DNA of 64,000 nucleotides, taken from positions 11,240 through 75,239 of IMG/VR virus record IMGVR_UViG_3300025769_000090. One strand, written 5' to 3'. The notes under the pieces are model-generated. The model saw only the letters and a program-made list of their open reading frames with translations. It did no database searches and was not told the DNA's origin. The position numbers and the translations under genes are program-made. Within the stretch, counting starts at the first letter, position 1. Each line of letters opens with the position of its first letter. Below, piece after piece: positions 35,730 to 44,648 of this stretch. The stretch comes from a virus.

Positions 35730-36331
35730 AACAATTACTTATAGAACACATGCCATTTAAAGTAGATAAACTCTTAGTTGAGCAATCTATTAAAGAGAAT
35801 AAACCACTTAGAGTAGGTGGTATTATCCAAAGAGCTGGTGTTAAAAACCATAATGGTAGAATCTATGAGCAAGAAATTCTTGAAAGAGAAATTAAAAAAT
35901 ACATTGATGGTCCTGTTAAAGAAAAAAGAGCTTTAGGTGAATTAGACCACCCAGATTCTTCCGTTATTAATTTAAATAATGTATCCCATAATATAGTAGA
36001 AATTACTATGAAAGGAAATGATGTACATGGTGTTATAGAAATACTAACAACACCCGCGGGGAATATTTTAAAAGAGTTATTCCGTTGTGGTGTTACAGTA
36101 GGAATATCTTCTAGAGGTATGGGTTCAGTAGAAGAAAATTCAGATGGAATATTAATGGTTCAAGAAGATTTTGATCTTCTTTGTTTTGATATGGTATCAA
36201 CCCCATCAACCCCTGGTGCTTATATGTCCCCCATGAATGAAGGAGTAAACACCCAGGTTAAAAATTATACTAAAGTACATAACGTTATTCGCGATATTAT
36301 CTGCAATAACACAGGTATGTGTCAGTGTTAA
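35726..36331 (+). CDS. Prohead protease (T4 gp21-like)
   Basis: NHNGRIY, ALGELDHP, VSH, GISSRGMGS, FDMVSTPS. Confidence 0.93.
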   Translation: MKQLLIEHMPFKVDKLLVEQSIKENKPLRVGGIIQRAGVKNHNGRIYEQEILEREIKKYIDGPVKEKRALGELDHPDSSVINLNNVSHNIVEITMKGNDVHGVIEILTTPAGNILKELFRCGVTVGISSRGMGSVEENSDGILMVQEDFDLLCFDMVSTPSTPGAYMSPMNEGVNTQVKNYTKVHNVIRDIICNNTGMCQC

Positions 36332-36510
36332 TCGTTTAAAAAACTTTTAACAAAGTTAAAAATAAACACACCTGCCATTATTGGCCAAAATACAATCATT
36401 GATAATCTTTCACTGAAAGAAACACTTTGTCCAGTCCAGCGAATTGCGTGTTCTAATCCAAATGACACAATTAATCCGATTAATAAGAATTTTGCTGATA
36501 ATACTAACAT
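36328..36510 (-). CDS. 60-aa two-helix membrane protein, antisense to the head operon
   Basis: MLVLSAKFLLIGLIVSFGL...MIVFWPIMAGVFIF; ATG at 36510; own promoter 17 nt upstream. Confidence 0.7.
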   Translation of the reverse strand: MLVLSAKFLLIGLIVSFGLEHAIRWTGQSVSFSERLSMIVFWPIMAGVFIFNFVKSFLND

Positions 36511-36527
36511 AATATAGTTGTTTTTTC

Positions 36528-36559
36528 CGAAGATACGATAAAAAGTTTGTGCTTCCAAA
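36528..36559 (-). promoter_or_regulatory. Bacteroidota-type host sigma promoter on the minus strand
   Basis: Reverse complement reads TTTG, 20-nt spacer, TATCTTCG. Confidence 0.6.
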
Positions 36560-36568
36560 CTTATTATA

Positions 36569-36699
36569 TATTTATTTCTAGAAGCATACGTTATATTAAA
36601 ATAACGTCCCTGGATTTTACAAACAAATCCCTATTAGAGATACTAAAATCTCTATTTCCTGTATTTTATTTACTGGAGGCCAAAAACAATTAAATCAAA
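36569..36699 (+). promoter_or_regulatory. Late promoter plus structured 5' leader (four hairpins) of the scaffold-capsid operon
   Basis: TATTTAT 36569-36575; stems at 36588-36607, 36612-36630, 36635-36654 and 36656-36678. Confidence 0.6.
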
Positions 36700-37731
36700 A
36701 TGGCTAAAGAAATTTTAAAAGAGGCTATTGCCGACGCAAAAGCCGTTAGAGAAGTTGCTTTAGAAAATGCTAAAATGGCATTAGAAGAAGCATTCGACTC
36801 TAAAATCAAAAACATGCTTTCTGCTAAATTAGCAGAGGAGCTTGAAGAAGACGTCGAACTCGAAGAAGAGTACATTGAGGAGGAAGCGGAAGCTACCGAC
36901 GAAATGTACGGTTCTAAAAAGCGCATGATGCAAGACGACGACGACGATGTTAAAAAAGAGGAAGTTGAGCTCGAAGAAGAACTCGAAGAAGACCTCGATG
37001 AAGAAATCAACCTTGATGAACTCATGGCTGAACTTGAAGAAATGTCTATATACGATGAAGATGAAGATGGAGACATGAAAAAAGAAGAAGCTGAGTTAGA
37101 AGAGGGAGAAGACCAACTCGAAGAAGAAGCGGAGCCGGTCGATGAAAATGTAAAGGATGCTATGGATGCCATTAAAAAAGCAGCCAAAGAAGCAGGCAAA
37201 ACCGTTACTGATTACCTATTAGGTAAAAAATTCATTGATTCTGGTATCACTACTACTAAGAGAGAGTCTGTTGATTTCGACATTGATTCTTTGGTTTCTG
37301 AAATTGAATCTGAACTAGAAGAAGGTAAGAAAAAAGATGAAAAAAAAGACGATGAGGATAAAAAGATGAAAGAAGACCTTAATGAGGCTCTCGAAACTGT
37401 TGATTCTCTTAAGTCTACTATTTCTGAAATGAACCTTCTCAACAGCAAACTCCTCTACTGCAACAAACTCTTCAGAGCTAACTCACTAACAGAAGCTCAG
37501 AAAGTAAAGGTGGTTGACGCCTTGGACAAAGCATCTACAGCAGGTGAAGCTAAATTGGTATTTGAAACACTTCAAGAATCATTTGACTTTACTGGTGTAG
37601 AAAAAAGAGCGATTAAGGAAGGTTTAGCACGTGCTTCAAAGCCCGTCGGAACTGCTCCTAAAAATGTTATAACGGAATCCGTTGACGAGACAGTGTCAAG
37701 ATTCCAAAAACTTGCAAACATTAACAAATAA
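36700..37731 (+). CDS. Prohead scaffolding/core protein
   Basis: Very acidic coiled coil between protease and capsid genes; many LEE, LDE and LNE sites. Confidence 0.85.
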   Translation: MAKEILKEAIADAKAVREVALENAKMALEEAFDSKIKNMLSAKLAEELEEDVELEEEYIEEEAEATDEMYGSKKRMMQDDDDDVKKEEVELEEELEEDLDEEINLDELMAELEEMSIYDEDEDGDMKKEEAELEEGEDQLEEEAEPVDENVKDAMDAIKKAAKEAGKTVTDYLLGKKFIDSGITTTKRESVDFDIDSLVSEIESELEEGKKKDEKKDDEDKKMKEDLNEALETVDSLKSTISEMNLLNSKLLYCNKLFRANSLTEAQKVKVVDALDKASTAGEAKLVFETLQESFDFTGVEKRAIKEGLARASKPVGTAPKNVITESVDETVSRFQKLANINK

Positions 37732-37742
37732 TTTTAGAAAAC

Positions 37743-39440
37743 ATGAATGTTAACTCATTATTAGAGGGCGCTTCACCACTTCAACACCAACAAGCTGAAT
37801 CAGTTAAGTTGGCAGGTAAGTGGGAAAAGTCCGGTCTCTTAGAGGGTCTTAATGCCCACGAGAGCGAAAAAGCTAACATGGCTGTTCTCCTCGAGAACCA
37901 AGCCAGACAGTTAGTAAACGAAGCTAACCAGGTTGGTACTGTTACTAGCATTACTACTGGTCAAAGTGAAGCATGGGCGGGCGTTGCTCTCCCATTGGTA
38001 AGAAGAGTATTCGGTGAAATCGTTGCTAAGGACCTCGTGTCTGTTCAACCAATGAACTTACCTTCAGGTCTCATCTTCTACCTAGATTTCCAATATGGTC
38101 AAGCTCAGCCTGGATTTGCTGAAAACGATAGCCTTTCAGCTGCGTCTACTGACAAGACTAAAACAGAATTACCATCGGTAGGACAAGGTAAAGGTCTTTA
38201 CGGTGCAGGTAGATTCGGTTACTCAATTAACGAAGTAGATTCTGCTGCCCTTGCAATTACAGGTGGTCTTGCGGGTGACAATACACTTACTGGTGTAGGC
38301 ACACTTGTTGCTGCAGGTACAGCTTCTTTTGCCCCATTAACTGCTGCTGATTCAGCATCTGTAAACTTTGATACTGAATTTATTAATTCTGTTGCATTAA
38401 CTACTATTGACCAAATTAGAGTTCACAAAGACTCTCTTACTGACTTTGATCCTGAGGGTATTAGAGCATTTGAGGTATTAAATGGTACTGCAAACGTAAC
38501 CGTTTATAACCAATTTACTGCTTTTGACGGTACTTACATTGATTTCTTTGTTGATAACAGTGATGGTACTTTAGATTTTGATGATAAAGACGCTGATCTT
38601 GTTATTAGATACCAAAAAGGTCCAGATAACCTCAACGACAGAGGTGATTTCCAAGACGAAACAGCTCCAGCAGCAAGCACAGTATCTGCTCTTGATATCC
38701 CAACTATCGATGTTAAACTCAACAGTTCAACTGTTACAGCGAAAACTCGTAAGTTAAAGGCTCAGTGGACACCAGAATTCGCTCAGGATTTGAATGCTTA
38801 CCATAGCATTGATGCTGAAGCGGAATTAACGTCTATCCTTTCTGAGTACATCTCAATGGAAATTGACCTCGAATTACTCGACATGTTGATTAGAAACGCT
38901 GATACTACTAACCACTGGAGTGCTAAGGTTGGTAAAGAAGTTCTTGACACAGGTGCTGAAACTACTACTAGTGACCAGTACTACACTAAGATGTCTTGGT
39001 TCCAGACTTTGGGTGTTAAACTCCAGTCTGTTAGCAACACTATTCACCAGAAGACCCTTAGAGGCGGTGCAAACTTCCTCGTTGTTTCTCCAACTGTAAG
39101 CACAGTCTTAGAATCTATTCCTGGATTTGCTGCTGACTCACCCGGTGATTCTAACAAGTACGCAATGGGTGTTCAAAAGATTGGTGCTATTAACTCACGT
39201 TACACTGTCTACAAGAACCCATACATGACTGAAAACGTAATCTTAATGGGCTATAAGGGTAACCAGTTCCTCGAAACAGGTGCTGTATTTGCTCCATACA
39301 TCCCATTAATCATGACTCCCCTCGTGTACGATCCTGTATCGTTCACCCCAAGAAAGGGTATCATGACTCGTTACGCTAAGAAAATGGTAAGACCTGACTT
39401 CTATGGTAAGGTATTCTGCCACGATTTGAACTTAGTCTAA
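37743..39440 (+). CDS. Major capsid protein (T4 gp23-like)
   Basis: LLENQ, LPLVRR, VSVQPM..P.GLIF, AKTRKLKAQWTPEFAQDL, APYIPL, GIMTRY. Confidence 0.97.
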   Translation: MNVNSLLEGASPLQHQQAESVKLAGKWEKSGLLEGLNAHESEKANMAVLLENQARQLVNEANQVGTVTSITTGQSEAWAGVALPLVRRVFGEIVAKDLVSVQPMNLPSGLIFYLDFQYGQAQPGFAENDSLSAASTDKTKTELPSVGQGKGLYGAGRFGYSINEVDSAALAITGGLAGDNTLTGVGTLVAAGTASFAPLTAADSASVNFDTEFINSVALTTIDQIRVHKDSLTDFDPEGIRAFEVLNGTANVTVYNQFTAFDGTYIDFFVDNSDGTLDFDDKDADLVIRYQKGPDNLNDRGDFQDETAPAASTVSALDIPTIDVKLNSSTVTAKTRKLKAQWTPEFAQDLNAYHSIDAEAELTSILSEYISMEIDLELLDMLIRNADTTNHWSAKVGKEVLDTGAETTTSDQYYTKMSWFQTLGVKLQSVSNTIHQKTLRGGANFLVVSPTVSTVLESIPGFAADSPGDSNKYAMGVQKIGAINSRYTVYKNPYMTENVILMGYKGNQFLETGAVFAPYIPLIMTPLVYDPVSFTPRKGIMTRYAKKMVRPDFYGKVFCHDLNLV

Positions 39441-39464
39441 TCGAGCTGATTAATATTCTATAGG

Positions 39465-39492
39465 AAAGGGCCGCAATTTGCGGCCCTTTTTT
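39465..39492 (+). terminator. Intrinsic terminator after the capsid gene
   Basis: AAAGGGCCGC-AATTT-GCGGCCCTTT followed by more T. Confidence 0.9.
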
Positions 39493-39493
39493 A

Positions 39494-39500
39494 TATTTAT
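39494..39500 (+). promoter_or_regulatory. Putative late promoter TATTTAT for phoH
   Basis: Immediately after the terminator. Confidence 0.55.
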
Positions 39501-39529
39501 AATCAACAAACGTTTTTAAACCATTCATA

Positions 39530-40195
39530 ATGGCTAAACAAAATATCGAAAAAACCCCACCTAAGGGTAATATTAGGTTTTCAATATCCTTATCAGAAGA
39601 ACAAAAAGCTGCTAAAACTGAAATTTTAAAACACCCTTTTAATTTTGTAGTAGGTAAAGCAGGTAGTGGTAAAACATTATTAGCTGTACAAGTAGCTTTA
39701 GATCAAGTATTTAAACGACAATTTAATAAAATTATTATTACAAGGCCTACTATTTCAACTGAAGATAATGGATTTCTTCCGGGATCCGAACGTGAAAAAA
39801 TGGAACCGTGGTTAGTACCTATTCGTTCTAATATGCGAAAAGTTTATAATAAACCTGACATTTTAGAAAAAATGGAAAAAGAAGAAAAAATTGAACTTGT
39901 ATCACTTGCTCATTTTAGAGGTAGAACATTTGATAACGCTGTAGTAATAGTAGATGAATATCAAAATCTAACTAAATCTCAATTAGCTATGTGTATAGGT
40001 AGATTAGGTAAAGATAGTAAAATGGTATTTTGTGGTGATTCTTATCAAATTGATTTAAGAGATAAACAACATTCTGCTTACCATGACATGGCAAAATTAG
40101 CTAACTCAGAATTTGTATTTAAAACTGTATTAACAGATTCACACAGACATGCAGCTATTGATGATTTATTAGAACTTTTAAATGGTTACCATTAA
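39530..40195 (+). CDS. phoH: PhoH-family ATPase
   Basis: GKAGSGKT, GFLPG, FRGRTF, IVDEYQN, GRLG, GDSYQID. Confidence 0.93.
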   Translation: MAKQNIEKTPPKGNIRFSISLSEEQKAAKTEILKHPFNFVVGKAGSGKTLLAVQVALDQVFKRQFNKIIITRPTISTEDNGFLPGSEREKMEPWLVPIRSNMRKVYNKPDILEKMEKEEKIELVSLAHFRGRTFDNAVVIVDEYQNLTKSQLAMCIGRLGKDSKMVFCGDSYQIDLRDKQHSAYHDMAKLANSEFVFKTVLTDSHRHAAIDDLLELLNGYH

Positions 40196-40209
40196 GTGAT
40201 TTTTTAATA

Positions 40210-40216
40210 TATTTAT
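40210..40216 (+). promoter_or_regulatory. Putative late promoter TATTTAT
   Basis: Intergenic, upstream of ATG 40235. Confidence 0.55.
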
Positions 40217-40234
40217 AACCAAATACTAATATTT

Positions 40235-41389
40235 ATGGCAACTATTTCTATTTGGCCCGGCTCCGCTTCATTTAATGATACTACAAATCCAACCCCTTTT
40301 GGTTTTTATGACGCCGATAGTGATTTTACTTCTTCGGCTGATCAAGTAGCAACTTGGTGTGCTCAAAGATTAGGGTATCCTATAGTAGATATTGAACTAC
40401 AAGCAGTAAACTTTTTTACAGCTTTTGAGGAAGCTGTAACTACATATGCCCAATATGTCTACCAATATAAAATTATAGAAAATATTGGAACCTTTGAAGG
40501 ATCTACTACAGGTAGTAATTTAAACGATCAATATGTACAACCTAACTTAGGCAACACCGTAGCTATTACTGAACAATATGGAACAGAGGCAGGTACTGGT
40601 GGAAATATAACATATAAAACTGGTAGTATTAATATAACTGCAGGTAAACAAAAATATTCTTTAGATAATTTATTTACTAATGTTAGTGAATCAGGCAATA
40701 ATATAGAAATTAAAAAAATCTACCATTATGCACCTGCGGCAATTGTAAGGTACTTTGACCCATATGCAGGTACAGGTACAGGTATACAATCGTTAATGGA
40801 AACATTTGGTTTTGGTAATTTTTCACCTGGCGTAAACTTTATGTTAATGCCTACTTATTATGATATATTAAAAGTTCAAGCTATTGAATTTAATGATCAA
40901 ATAAGAAAATCAGCATATAGTTTTGAATTATTAAATAATGACCAATTAAGAATCTTCCCTATACCTAAAAGAAGCGAAACTTTATATTTTGACTATGTAG
41001 TTAAAAGTGATAGAAATAACCCTATTAGGAATACTGATACTGGTTTAGTTACTAATGTATCTAATGTTCCATATACTAATATAAGTTATACTACTATTAA
41101 TACCCCGGGCAGGCAGTGGGTATTCCGTTATACGTTAGCATTAGCTAAAGAGATGTTAGCTAGTGTAAGAGGTAAATATTCAACAGTTCCTATTCCTGGT
41201 TCTGAAGTAACTACTAATGCTGGAGATTTAAGAAGTGAAGCAGCTTCTGAAAAAACTGCTCTTATTGACGAACTTAAATCAATGCTTGAAGAATCTTCAA
41301 GAGTTAAATACATGGAAAGAGACGCCCAAATAGCACAAAATGCTCAAGATACTTTTACTAAAGTACCCTATCCAATATATATCTACTAA
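40235..41389 (+). CDS. Neck/head-tail adaptor protein (gp13-like)
   Basis: RLGYPIVDIEL and WVFRYTLALAKEML...RGKY...PG. Confidence 0.8.
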   Translation: MATISIWPGSASFNDTTNPTPFGFYDADSDFTSSADQVATWCAQRLGYPIVDIELQAVNFFTAFEEAVTTYAQYVYQYKIIENIGTFEGSTTGSNLNDQYVQPNLGNTVAITEQYGTEAGTGGNITYKTGSINITAGKQKYSLDNLFTNVSESGNNIEIKKIYHYAPAAIVRYFDPYAGTGTGIQSLMETFGFGNFSPGVNFMLMPTYYDILKVQAIEFNDQIRKSAYSFELLNNDQLRIFPIPKRSETLYFDYVVKSDRNNPIRNTDTGLVTNVSNVPYTNISYTTINTPGRQWVFRYTLALAKEMLASVRGKYSTVPIPGSEVTTNAGDLRSEAASEKTALIDELKSMLEESSRVKYMERDAQIAQNAQDTFTKVPYPIYIY

Positions 41390-41745
41390 TGATTAAATTA
41401 AAAGACATATTAAACGAAGTTATTCAACTATATTCTGTTGATGTAGTGATAGTATCTGATAAGGATGCAAACTTCACTGATATATTAGATGGAATGAGGG
41501 CCACTAGAAAAGTTACTATCATTAATGCTAACACTTCAGATGAATTAGAACTAAAAAACCGAAAAAGAACAGATGGGAAAGCAGTAAGAACAGCTACGTT
41601 AAAATTTGCATCAGGAAAAGATCCAAAACAAGATTTAGAATTTTTAAAAACTACTATGTTAAGTAGTGATAAAGGTGATCCTGAAATGAGGATTAAAGGG
41701 TTACAAGCAATAATTTTTAAACCCGAATCCTTAACTCGACTCTAA
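41389..41745 (+). CDS. Hypothetical protein with MIKLKDILNE tag
   Basis: Tag shared with 21396-21731; coupled to neighbours. Confidence 0.72.
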   Translation: MIKLKDILNEVIQLYSVDVVIVSDKDANFTDILDGMRATRKVTIINANTSDELELKNRKRTDGKAVRTATLKFASGKDPKQDLEFLKTTMLSSDKGDPEMRIKGLQAIIFKPESLTRL

Positions 41746-42302
41746 TGCCATTATTCGGAGGAAGTAGAGATATATCATTGTTTAGGACAATGAATAAAGA
41801 ACTGATTAATGATATTATTCAGACAGAGGTAGGCTTTTATAAATTTGTATTAGAAGATTCAAGAACTAATGTTTATGGTGAATCAAAAAATAAGGTTTAT
41901 TATGAACCTATGTTAATTCCTTGCCTAATAAATAGAGACGATCAAAACTGGAGTGAAACTGATTTTGGGCCCGATATTACTCAACAAATGACATTTTCTT
42001 TTTTACGAGCAACTTTAGTAGAAAAAAACTTAGTCCCTGAGGTAGGCGATATAGTATTATATAATAATGATTATTTTGAATTTAATAGCATAATTGAAAA
42101 CCAATTTTTTACAGGTAAAAATCCTGATTATTCTATGAGTGAAGATACTGATGATTTTGGTGTATCACTATCATTAATTTGTAGAGGTTCTAAATCAAGA
42201 ATAGAAGTACTTAAAACAGTACCCCTTAGATCGGGAATATATCCTACTACTGTTAAAGTGGAAAAAACTAATGCTAATCCTAGAAATCAATTATACAGCT
42301 AA
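41745..42302 (+). CDS. Neck/head-closure protein (gp14-like)
   Basis: NVYGE...FG...PEVGDIV; position after the gp13-like gene. Confidence 0.65.
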   Translation: MPLFGGSRDISLFRTMNKELINDIIQTEVGFYKFVLEDSRTNVYGESKNKVYYEPMLIPCLINRDDQNWSETDFGPDITQQMTFSFLRATLVEKNLVPEVGDIVLYNNDYFEFNSIIENQFFTGKNPDYSMSEDTDDFGVSLSLICRGSKSRIEVLKTVPLRSGIYPTTVKVEKTNANPRNQLYS

Positions 42303-43180
42303 TGGATAGAATTAGGAAAAAACCCCGTGTAGCAAGACAATATGAGCTCTCACAGGCTCATATTGAGGCTAACTCTATAGATCAAGGGGGTCTTCCTGAT
42401 ATGCCCGCAGTTGGATTAGCCCCTGATAATAGAGCCCATGTTAATAGGGGTAAAGAACTTAGTTCTAATAATGATGATAAATCTACCTCTGATTTTTACT
42501 GGGGATTAGAAGGCATTGATGAAGCTATATTTTATTACTTTAATAAAATTATTAAACCTAATGTTACTTTAAATGAAAACGTAACAGATATTCCTGTGAT
42601 GTATGGTTTAGGAGAAAGATGGAAAATGGTTCAAAGAAAAGGCGTTCATAGAGATAAAAATGGTAAAATTCAAGCTCCTTTAATTATGCTAAAGCGAGAA
42701 AGTATTGAAAAACGCAGGGACTTAGGAAACAAGCTTGATGCTAATAACCCGCAATTACATGTAATGTATCAGGAAAAGTATACTAAAAGAAACCAATATG
42801 ATAATTTTGCCTTACTTACAAATCGTGTCCCTAAAAAAGAATATACAGCTACTGTAGTACCTGATTATATTAATTTAAATTATAGAGGTATTATATGGAC
42901 TAATTATGTATCTAACCTTAATAAAGTTATTGAAGCAATCAATTATGCCTCTGATTCATATTGGGGTGATCCTGAACGTTTTAAGTTTATGGCTATGATT
43001 GATCAATTTTCTAACATCATAGAATTAAACCCAGAAGATAATAGAATAATTAAAGCCGATTTTACAATAAAATTACAAGGTTATATTATACCTGAAAATA
43101 TACAAAAAGAATTAAAAAAACAAAGTTCTAAAATATTTGGAGTATCTGCAGTCACTGTTAAAACTAGTTTAGATGGCTAA
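42302..43180 (+). CDS. Tail terminator/sheath-stabiliser-like protein (gp15-like), copy 1
   Basis: IPVMYG..ERW, P.Y..LNY...IWT, FTIKLQGYI; position. Confidence 0.6.
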   Translation: MDRIRKKPRVARQYELSQAHIEANSIDQGGLPDMPAVGLAPDNRAHVNRGKELSSNNDDKSTSDFYWGLEGIDEAIFYYFNKIIKPNVTLNENVTDIPVMYGLGERWKMVQRKGVHRDKNGKIQAPLIMLKRESIEKRRDLGNKLDANNPQLHVMYQEKYTKRNQYDNFALLTNRVPKKEYTATVVPDYINLNYRGIIWTNYVSNLNKVIEAINYASDSYWGDPERFKFMAMIDQFSNIIELNPEDNRIIKADFTIKLQGYIIPENIQKELKKQSSKIFGVSAVTVKTSLDG

Positions 43181-44402
43181 TAATAGAATAACTAAAAAAC
43201 CAAAAGTAGCTAGACAACGTCAATTATCTCAAGCCCATATTGAGAATAATTCAATTGACCAAGGGGGACTCCCTAACATGCCTAGTGAAGGTTTAATCCC
43301 AGATGACAGTTTAAACAGAGGAAATAAAATATCTAATAATGGAAGTAAATCTGCTAATTTAAACTTAGGCTTAGAGGCCATAGACGAAGCTATATTTTAT
43401 TACTTTGAAAATGTGATTAAGCCTAATGTTATATCAAACGGTGACATGATAGATGTACCCGTTATATATGGATCTGGTGAAAGATGGAATTTAGCTCAAA
43501 AAGATGGATTTTATAGAGATAAAAATGGTAAAATCCAAACACCTTTAGTTATGGTTAGGAGAACTAACCTTGAAAAACGCCGTGATTTAGGAAATAAGTT
43601 AGATGCTAATGATCCTAAGTTACATGTAACTTTTAAGGAAAAATATACTAAAAGAAACCAATACGATAATTTTAGTATTTTAAATAATAGAATTCCACAA
43701 AAAGAATTTTTAGCTAACGTAGTCCCTGATTATGTTATATTAACGTATGAAGGGGTTATTTGGACAGATTATATATCTCAACTTAATAAAGTTATTGAAG
43801 CAGTAAATTATGCTTCAGACTCATATTGGGGTGATCCCGAACGTTTTAAATTTATGGCCCAGATCGATTCATTTAATAATATAAATGAACTTTCTGTAGA
43901 AGATGGTAGGATAGTAAAAGCCAATTTTAGCATAAAACTACAGGCATATATTATCCCTGACAGTGTTCAAAAGAAAATTAAAGAAGAAAATTCTAGGTAC
44001 TTTAGTAAAGCACAAGTAGTTTTAAATCAAGCTACTACTGTTATAGAAGAACCTAGCAAAAGAGCTCAATCTCTACGATCTGTTAAAGGGGGAGTTGAAG
44101 GAGGTGGTAGAATAACTAATGTAAATACATCAGTTACTAATAATGAATTAGATAACGATTGGACTATTCAAGGAGACTTAATTGTTAACGCAGAAGATAG
44201 AGATGTCCAAATTAATAATGCCTCACTTACAGTAGATATAGGATCTCAAGATGAAGATGTTTTTTTAATAAAAACTAATGGTAGTACTAAATTAAAAGTT
44301 AATTCAGACGGTATATTAGTTTTTTCAGAATTTAATGATTTCCCCTCAGTAGTAGAGGGAGGATTAATATATATAAATAACGAATTATATTTTGGGTTAT
44401 AA
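43173..44402 (+). CDS. gp15-like protein, copy 2, with C-terminal extension
   Basis: Full-length paralog of 42302-43180 (shared NYASDSYWGDPERFKFMA) plus a roughly 120-aa tail. Confidence 0.6.
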   Translation: MANNRITKKPKVARQRQLSQAHIENNSIDQGGLPNMPSEGLIPDDSLNRGNKISNNGSKSANLNLGLEAIDEAIFYYFENVIKPNVISNGDMIDVPVIYGSGERWNLAQKDGFYRDKNGKIQTPLVMVRRTNLEKRRDLGNKLDANDPKLHVTFKEKYTKRNQYDNFSILNNRIPQKEFLANVVPDYVILTYEGVIWTDYISQLNKVIEAVNYASDSYWGDPERFKFMAQIDSFNNINELSVEDGRIVKANFSIKLQAYIIPDSVQKKIKEENSRYFSKAQVVLNQATTVIEEPSKRAQSLRSVKGGVEGGGRITNVNTSVTNNELDNDWTIQGDLIVNAEDRDVQINNASLTVDIGSQDEDVFLIKTNGSTKLKVNSDGILVFSEFNDFPSVVEGGLIYINNELYFGL

Positions 44403-44416
44403 AAAAATAATTAAAC

Positions 44417-44644
44417 ATGGCTTCATTACAAGACTTAAAAAATAAGATACTAAATCCTTCTTACCAACCACCTCCTAAAAAATCATCATTACCTCCTAAA
44501 AAAGATTCACTTTTATTAGAAGTAGAAGAAGCTAGATATTTATTATCGTTAATTGCTAATACTGATTTTTCAGGAAAAGATATTCAAATTGTATATAACA
44601 CTGCTTTGAAACTTCAAGAAATAATTAAAGAAAATATAGATTAA
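44417..44644 (+). CDS. Small helical protein, putative fibre chaperone
   Basis: LIANTDFSGKDIQIV motif similar to 50756-50911. Confidence 0.65.
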   Translation: MASLQDLKNKILNPSYQPPPKKSSLPPKKDSLLLEVEEARYLLSLIANTDFSGKDIQIVYNTALKLQEIIKENID

Positions 44645-44648
44645 TATA

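Noticed and set aside
36830-37140. GAAGAA-rich repeats as a CRISPR or satellite array
   Set aside because: They simply encode the Glu-rich scaffold; there is no constant repeat-spacer period.
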